A DNA stretch of 64,000 nt from the human T2T-CHM13v2.0 reference genome, Homo sapiens. The notes beneath the pieces are model-generated. The model saw nothing but the letters and a program-made list of their open reading frames with translations, made no database searches and was not told the origin of the DNA. The DNA is taken from assembly GCF_009914755.1 (NCBI RefSeq), contig NC_060927.1. The stretch is one strand, 5' to 3'. The translations under genes were made by a program, and so were the position numbers. Positions 57,967 through 64,000 of this stretch are shown here, piece after piece. Every line of letters begins with the position of its first letter. Position 1 is the stretch's first letter.

Positions 57967-58170
57967 ACAGTTTAATCTTTCATAGGCTAATGGAGTCTAG
58001 GAATATAACTAGCATCAAACACATTCAGTAGAGGACACTCTTTGCCTAATTTTCTCTCTCATTATCCCAAGATCTTTCCAAATCTAGGATAACAAGTATT
58101 AAAATTTTACATTCTATATATTGTCTTTTAAACAGAAGTATTTTTTCCTATAAGAATCTTGACAAGCTCA

Positions 58171-58714
58171 TATCATTTGACCCAGCCATCCCAATACTGG
58201 GTATATACCCAAAGGATTATAAATCATGCTGCTATAAAGACACATGCACACGTATGTTTATTGTGGCACTATTCACAATAGTACAGACTTGGAACCAACC
58301 CAAATGTCCAACAATGATAGACTGGATTAAGAAAATGTGGCACATATACTCCATGGATTACTATGCAGCCATAAAAAATGATGAGTTCATGTAGGGACAT
58401 GGATGAAGCTGGAAACCATCATTCTCAGCAAACTATCGCAAGGACAAAAAACCAAACACCGCATGTTCTCACTCATAGGTGGGAACTGAACAATGAGAAC
58501 ACATGGACACAGGAAGGGGACACACACCGGGGCCTGTTGTGGGGTGGGGTGGGGGGAGGGATAGCATTAGGAGATATAACTAATGTTAAATGAAGAGTTA
58601 ATGGGTGCAGCACACCAACATGGCACATGTATACATATGTAACAAATCTGCACGTTGTGCACATGTACCCTAAAACTTAAAGTATAATAAAAAAATAAAA
58701 TAAAAAATAAAAAA
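58171..58714 (+). mobile_element. 5'-truncated L1PA3/4-like 3' end (~540 bp)
   Basis: L1PA 3'UTR ending ccctaaaacttaaagtataataa with an A tail; 19-bp TSD aagaatcttga(c/g)aagctca at 58152-58170 and 58715-58733. Confidence 0.96.
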
Positions 58715-59128
58715 AAGAATCTTGAGAAGCTCAGAGCTTATATTTCTGCTGATGATAGTATTAAACAAAGCCAAAAGTTAAGAACAAACATAAAGCCTTA
58801 CAAAGTTGACAAATACATCTTAGTATTTTTTCAGGTTTGTGACAGTTTCAGGGGATCTGAGCTTCCTTTAGGTGCTGTATGTACACCATGTAACCCCCTC
58901 TGACCCAATCTCCCTTTTGCTTGCACAACCCTCGGTCTTGGAGACTTATCTGTATGAATTACATAAAAGGAATCACCAGCTCTCCAATTCCTATCTGGGT
59001 TTCCAGTTGAGAGCCAAAGAAAAGTTAAAAGAGGGAAGAGTGAAACTGAAGAATTTTATTTTCCTGAGCCCTCCCTACTGTGTCACCTTGGCTCCTTCAA
59101 TCTGTATTAGTGGGCTTCAACAATGGAT

Positions 59129-59483
59129 TATATTAGTCTGTTCTCATGCTGCTAATAAAGACATACCCAAGGCTGTGTAATTTATAAAAGAAAGAGGTTT
59201 AATGGACTCACAGTTCTACATGGCTGGGGAGGGCTCAGAATCATAGTGGAGACCAAAGGGGTAGCAAAAATATGTCTTACATGGTGACAGGCAAGAGTGC
59301 TTGTGCACAGGAACTCCCATTTATAAAACCATCAGATCTCATGAGACATATTCACTTCCAGGAGAACACTATGGGGAAGTCACCCCCATAATTCTATTAT
59401 CTCCACCTGGCCCCATTCTTGACATGTGGGAATTATTACAATTCAAGGTGAGATTTGGGTGGGGACACAGCCAAATCATGTCA
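59129..59483 (-). mobile_element. THE1 (B/C-like) MaLR solo LTR
   Basis: tattagtctgttctcatgctgctaataaagacatacc...ataaaaccatcagatctcatgaga...gagatttgggtggggacacagccaaatcatgtca. Confidence 0.92.
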
Positions 59484-62400
59484 GAACCATCTTCTGAAAT
59501 CTGGTTAACAGCCTCTTTCCTTTGCTTGTTCAGACTACAGCTCATCCTGCGACTTCTGAATTCTCACTGTTTGAGTGGAGTGATTATTTTATGCATATGG
59601 TACTTGCTTAAGTTACTATAATATGCTACTGCACACCAGCTGGTAAAAATTGGGATACGGTCTGTAACCAGGGTAGAGAGGAGTACTTGCACTTCCAACT
59701 CCCCCACTCAGATACATCCTCCAATTTGGCACTTTTAGCCTGGCAAACAGCTCTGAATCTCACCCATCCTCCATCCAATCTGCAGCTAAGGATGTTCATC
59801 AAACAACTTACTATATCTCATCCTTAGCCAGAGTGGCTCTTTGCAGGCCGGCTGTCTGTTGCCAAGAACTTTACTAATTCACCGCGTTGTTGTACACACA
59901 ATAGTGAGAAGCTGAAGAATTTACATTTGATGGAGGGACATAGTTAGCTTAGAGATACTTGACAAGGTATCTCCTTCTTATCTGTTTCTAAACTATCACC
60001 TGACAGGTGCAACCCTGCTCCAGATCTGTAATGAGGGCAAGGGCTTTCCTAAGGAGATTTCAGTTTGGCTGTATCTATAGTTGGCAGAAGAATGTTTCAA
60101 TGACCTTCACTCCAACCCATTTCTGAGGCTATCATGGTGAAATGTCCACATAAAATATCTATTTTATGGGATAGAAAATTTAAAACTTTACTTTTTATAT
60201 GTGATTTAAAATATTTGTTACATTGGTTTTCTGTTTAACACAGCCTCTACTTTAGGTAAGTGTCCATGTATAGTCAATTTTCGGAGTTATTTTGCTAGAC
60301 AATTTGGGAGAAATTCAAATTTTCTCATTTAGCTGAGGTTTAGTTCCTGATTTAGGATCTTTCCTACAGAGACTTGTTTGTGCTATGAGAGGAAAAAAAT
60401 ATTCAGGGACAATCCCTGTCACTTGCAGGTGCTATTGCTTTTTCTGAACATAATTTTTCTTCTATTTTTCTAAAAAAAAAAATTGCTTCTTAAGGATAAA
60501 GTATCTCCTAGAGTAGGATTGCTTGTATTTTCTGTATTACAAATTACACGTTAAACCTCACTGTGCTAGGTTAGAATACTCCAACTTTGATTTAGAATAG
60601 CACTTATGGATTCCTGAATTATTTCAAACCCCTATTGAGAAGCCAGAGTAAAGACCAGCTACTCATAGTTATGACTCATTTGTTGTAACTTCCATTTCCT
60701 GCAGTATCAGAATGATGATCTTTCATTGAAGCAAAAGTGGCTTCTATTGGAGGATGCAGAGTTACCATAAAATACCTTCACCACTAACCTACATACCATC
60801 AAAATGTTTGCCAACAAATTTTAGAGGTTTTAAAGGGATTTTCTATTAATATTTCACATAACACTGAAATGCTTTTACAAAGATGAGAAGTATGTGTTTG
60901 CAATTGAAAAATTATTTCAATATGACACCATTTGTATGTCTGGAAGAAATTCTTGTATGAAACATTGAGTTTCACCATGTTGTAATTTTGATTCTAGAGA
61001 AGTTTGCTATTTTTTCCCCTTTGGAATATTCAGTGAGTCCCTGAGATGGTGATTTTGGTGCTATTTTTCTCCTGTCATCTTTTCTGAATGTTCTTGAGCT
61101 TGATTGGAGACATAAGAAGAGATTAGGAAAGAGAAGAGAAGTCAGATAATCTTCTAGACAAACAGTAGTAACAAACACATACAAAGACCCCAAAAGTAAA
61201 TGTTCATGTTAGATAACATGTGCTTTGGTGTGTTCACAGAAACATAATGAAATATTTCAATAACAACTGTATATAGAATTTAAGAAACTGATAGTAATTA
61301 ACTAGTTTACTATTCATGTAAAAGCAATTTGCAGTATTATAGAATGCTATACACATTTTTTCTAGATTATTTATAAAGTTATACAATTAAAACTTTACTA
61401 GCTTTAACATTTATACATGTAGGTAGAAAAACAATCCCTTCAATCTCAGTTGTACTTTTCTAAAATTGTAAATGTTTGTTTTTATAATAATAAGACTTTG
61501 CAGAATATGCTAGCCAAAGTAATGAAAAAAGGTTATTTCATAAATTTGTAGGTAAAAATGTGGTGTGGGCTAACATAACAGAGAGGCCAGATTAACATCT
61601 AATATTTGAAAGACATCTATTGACGCATTGGGCAAATAATGTGTGCACAATTTCCCTCATTCAATCTCATAAGAAAACTTAAATTTACCATGTAAAAGGA
61701 TGTAGCTTTCCCAGTATAACTGTATTTTTGAAATCTTGTTATTAAATACTAAAGGGGATTATCTCTTTATAAAGCTCTGATCACTGGCTGAGAACAAACT
61801 ATTTTACCAAAATAATTTCTAAAATATCATTTTTATTAAATGTTTTGTATGTAATAATCAGGTAATTTGTTTCAATTCATCAACCTTCTCCATTTATCAA
61901 CCTCCTCTCTACTGTTCTCTATCACTAGACTCATAGCGAGATGAAATAATGAAAGATATATTATTTTTCCAAGTGCGCTGCTTGAAAAATCACATCACTT
62001 GCTTTTGGAACTCATGCTGTTTCCCTCATGAGTTTCATTTAATATATTTTACATACATTCCTAACAGGTGTTGAAAAACCCCACTCTTTGCTTATAAAAA
62101 GACCATATTTTGCAGCAAGAAATTGGTTGTAAATGAGTTATATTTCACTTGAAGAAATACATATTTAAACTAGTAATTACAATTTATAGTGCTGTCCTTA
62201 AAAGCCTAACAGCCCCTTAGCTTTTCTATACCATTCATGCTAATTCTCAGACAGAAGTTTCCAAATGAAAATAAACGTTATAAATCTTTCAAAGTGGTCA
62301 TGAAGATACATTTTGTGAAACTATAAAAGCCATTAAATTGACAATGATAATATCGTGTGCATGGGCATATCTTAAAACCATGGATCTATATTATTTAGCA

Positions 62401-62942
62401 ACAGGAACTCAATATGCTACATAAGTAGTGAGTACTCTTCAATTATCTCCATTATTAAGAGGGAGAGACAAAGTGCCGGCAAAGTTAAGCAGCTTCTGGG
62501 AGTCTAGATGAACAGAACTCATGAATTTCCTAATTTGTCTGACTAAACTATGTTTGCTGTAAATAAAAATATAGTGTTGAAAGGAATTATTAATTATTGA
62601 GAGATTAAAGAAATTGCGAATTACTTGGTGTACATAGAATCTCCAGGCTGGATATTTATGGCGCCTTAATTTTAGTCTCAGCCAGTCATATTTCATTATA
62701 CTATAATGCTACCACCATATTTTATTGCCCCCAAACCTCAATTTTAATGCATATCATATAATTAATCTTATAATTAAAAAGTTATATTCCACCAATCCTT
62801 GCTGTACCAAAAATTATTTCCAGTTCCTCCTTTCTCCTACATCATACTTCCCTGGTGAAATTCTCATAATGACTTGATTTGTCCAATAGTATTTACAACA
62901 TTATTATATGACTAGGATGACTCTTAGGTAATTACCTAGCTC

Positions 62943-63151
62943 TTTGATCTAGAACATTACATATATACACACACACACACACACATATATATGTATATAT
63001 ATGTGTATATACGTATATATGTGTATATATGTATGTATATGTGTATATATGTATATATGTGTATATATATGTATGTATATATGTAGTGTTCTAGATCAAA
63101 TATCGAATACATATATATATGTATATATATGTAGTGTTCTATAGCGTTCTA
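62943..63151. repeat. Compound (CA)/(TA)/(TATG) microsatellite bracketed by a 26-bp inverted repeat
   Basis: tttgatctagaacattacatatatac (62943-62968) versus gtatatatgtagtgttctagatcaaa (63075-63100), 1 mismatch. Confidence 0.92.
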
Positions 63152-64000
63152 TGCACAGTTAAGGAAACTAACTCATACATACATGAGGTGCACACTTCAG
63201 GCTCACATTCATTATTATATAATTTAGTTGTCTGAATTATTTTCTCCCTTCTGTGTGAAGCAGTATTAACCCTGTAGTTTCCCAGTCAAAAAAGGAAAAG
63301 CAACATTACTCTGTATTGCAAACTCAGATGCTTCTTTCATCACTTTCACAAAGGGGCCAAGTTTTTACTCAACTGACAAGGTTATTTGTATTTGAAAATA
63401 TAATATATCGAATTAAAAAATTCCAGTGACATAGGTTTACTTCTGAAATATAGTTAGTTCCAGTCAAACCAATTGAACTAACAATGGGAAAGGAAAAGAG
63501 GGTTTCTTAAGGAGACGCTGGGCAAGGTAAAAGCGTATATTCCACACTGTGTTTTGGAAACTTAAAAAGAGAAAAGAAAGTCATATTTTGCTGTATGTCC
63601 ACAATTATAGACTAGCACCATTATAATATTCTAGGAAATATGTGCTATAGAAAGATGAGCCAAATTCCCCACTGTAGAGAACATTTTATTTCTCTAAAAA
63701 TAATCCAAATCCACTATTATGGCAAGGTGCTTCCTGATGGGATTTTACTGTAATAATAATTTTAAGTTTTATTTTAAGTTTTATTCCTAGAGCATAAAAG
63801 AAATAATAGAAATATACTCATTTACAGGCACTAATAGATTTTTCTAGTGAATACATCAAAATTTTTATTGTTGTTAGTAAAACAGCACTTACTTTAAGAA
63901 AAAGGCATTCATTGCCTTATACAGTTTCACCAATCCCTATGCTCTACAATTTGAATTTCTTTCTGTAAAACTCAGATAATTTAAAAGAACATTTCAGAAT

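Noticed and set aside
59640-64000. Host exons in the repeat-poor end of the window
   Set aside because: Only short ORFs with no recognisable domain and no convincing splice-site-bounded frame; small or non-coding exons cannot be excluded without RNA data.

Overview
AT-rich, CpG-depleted primate (human-like) genomic DNA, intergenic or deep intronic, made up largely of transposable elements. I find no host protein-coding exon, RNA gene or CRISPR array. The ORFs I could assign are fragments of L1, Alu, LTR or ERV gag, and the rest look like chance ORFs. Main contents: a deleted gag-only ERV1 provirus with MER50/MER52-type LTRs (5.4-9.8 kb, minus strand); three large decayed primate L1s on the plus strand (28-32, 35.6-41.2, 47-56 kb); two younger L1PA fragments; seven Alus; solo LTRs (MER31, MLT1A, THE1); DNA transposons (MER58A, Tigger2); old L1M, L2 and MIR debris; and microsatellites. 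The most unusual structures seen directly are (i) a 99-bp, 97/99-identical inverted duplication embedded in a TA-rich microsatellite at 11.0-11.3 kb, with a smaller parallel case at 62.9-63.15 kb, (ii) an AluY and an L1PA inserted back to back at the same target site inside an older L1, leaving three copies of the target sequence, (iii) a 64-bp nested AT-rich palindrome, and (iv) an AluY whose poly-A tail is replaced by a G-rich/GGAA tract. Subfamily names come from recalled consensus sequences and need RepeatMasker/Dfam confirmation. I see no evidence for a novel coding system.
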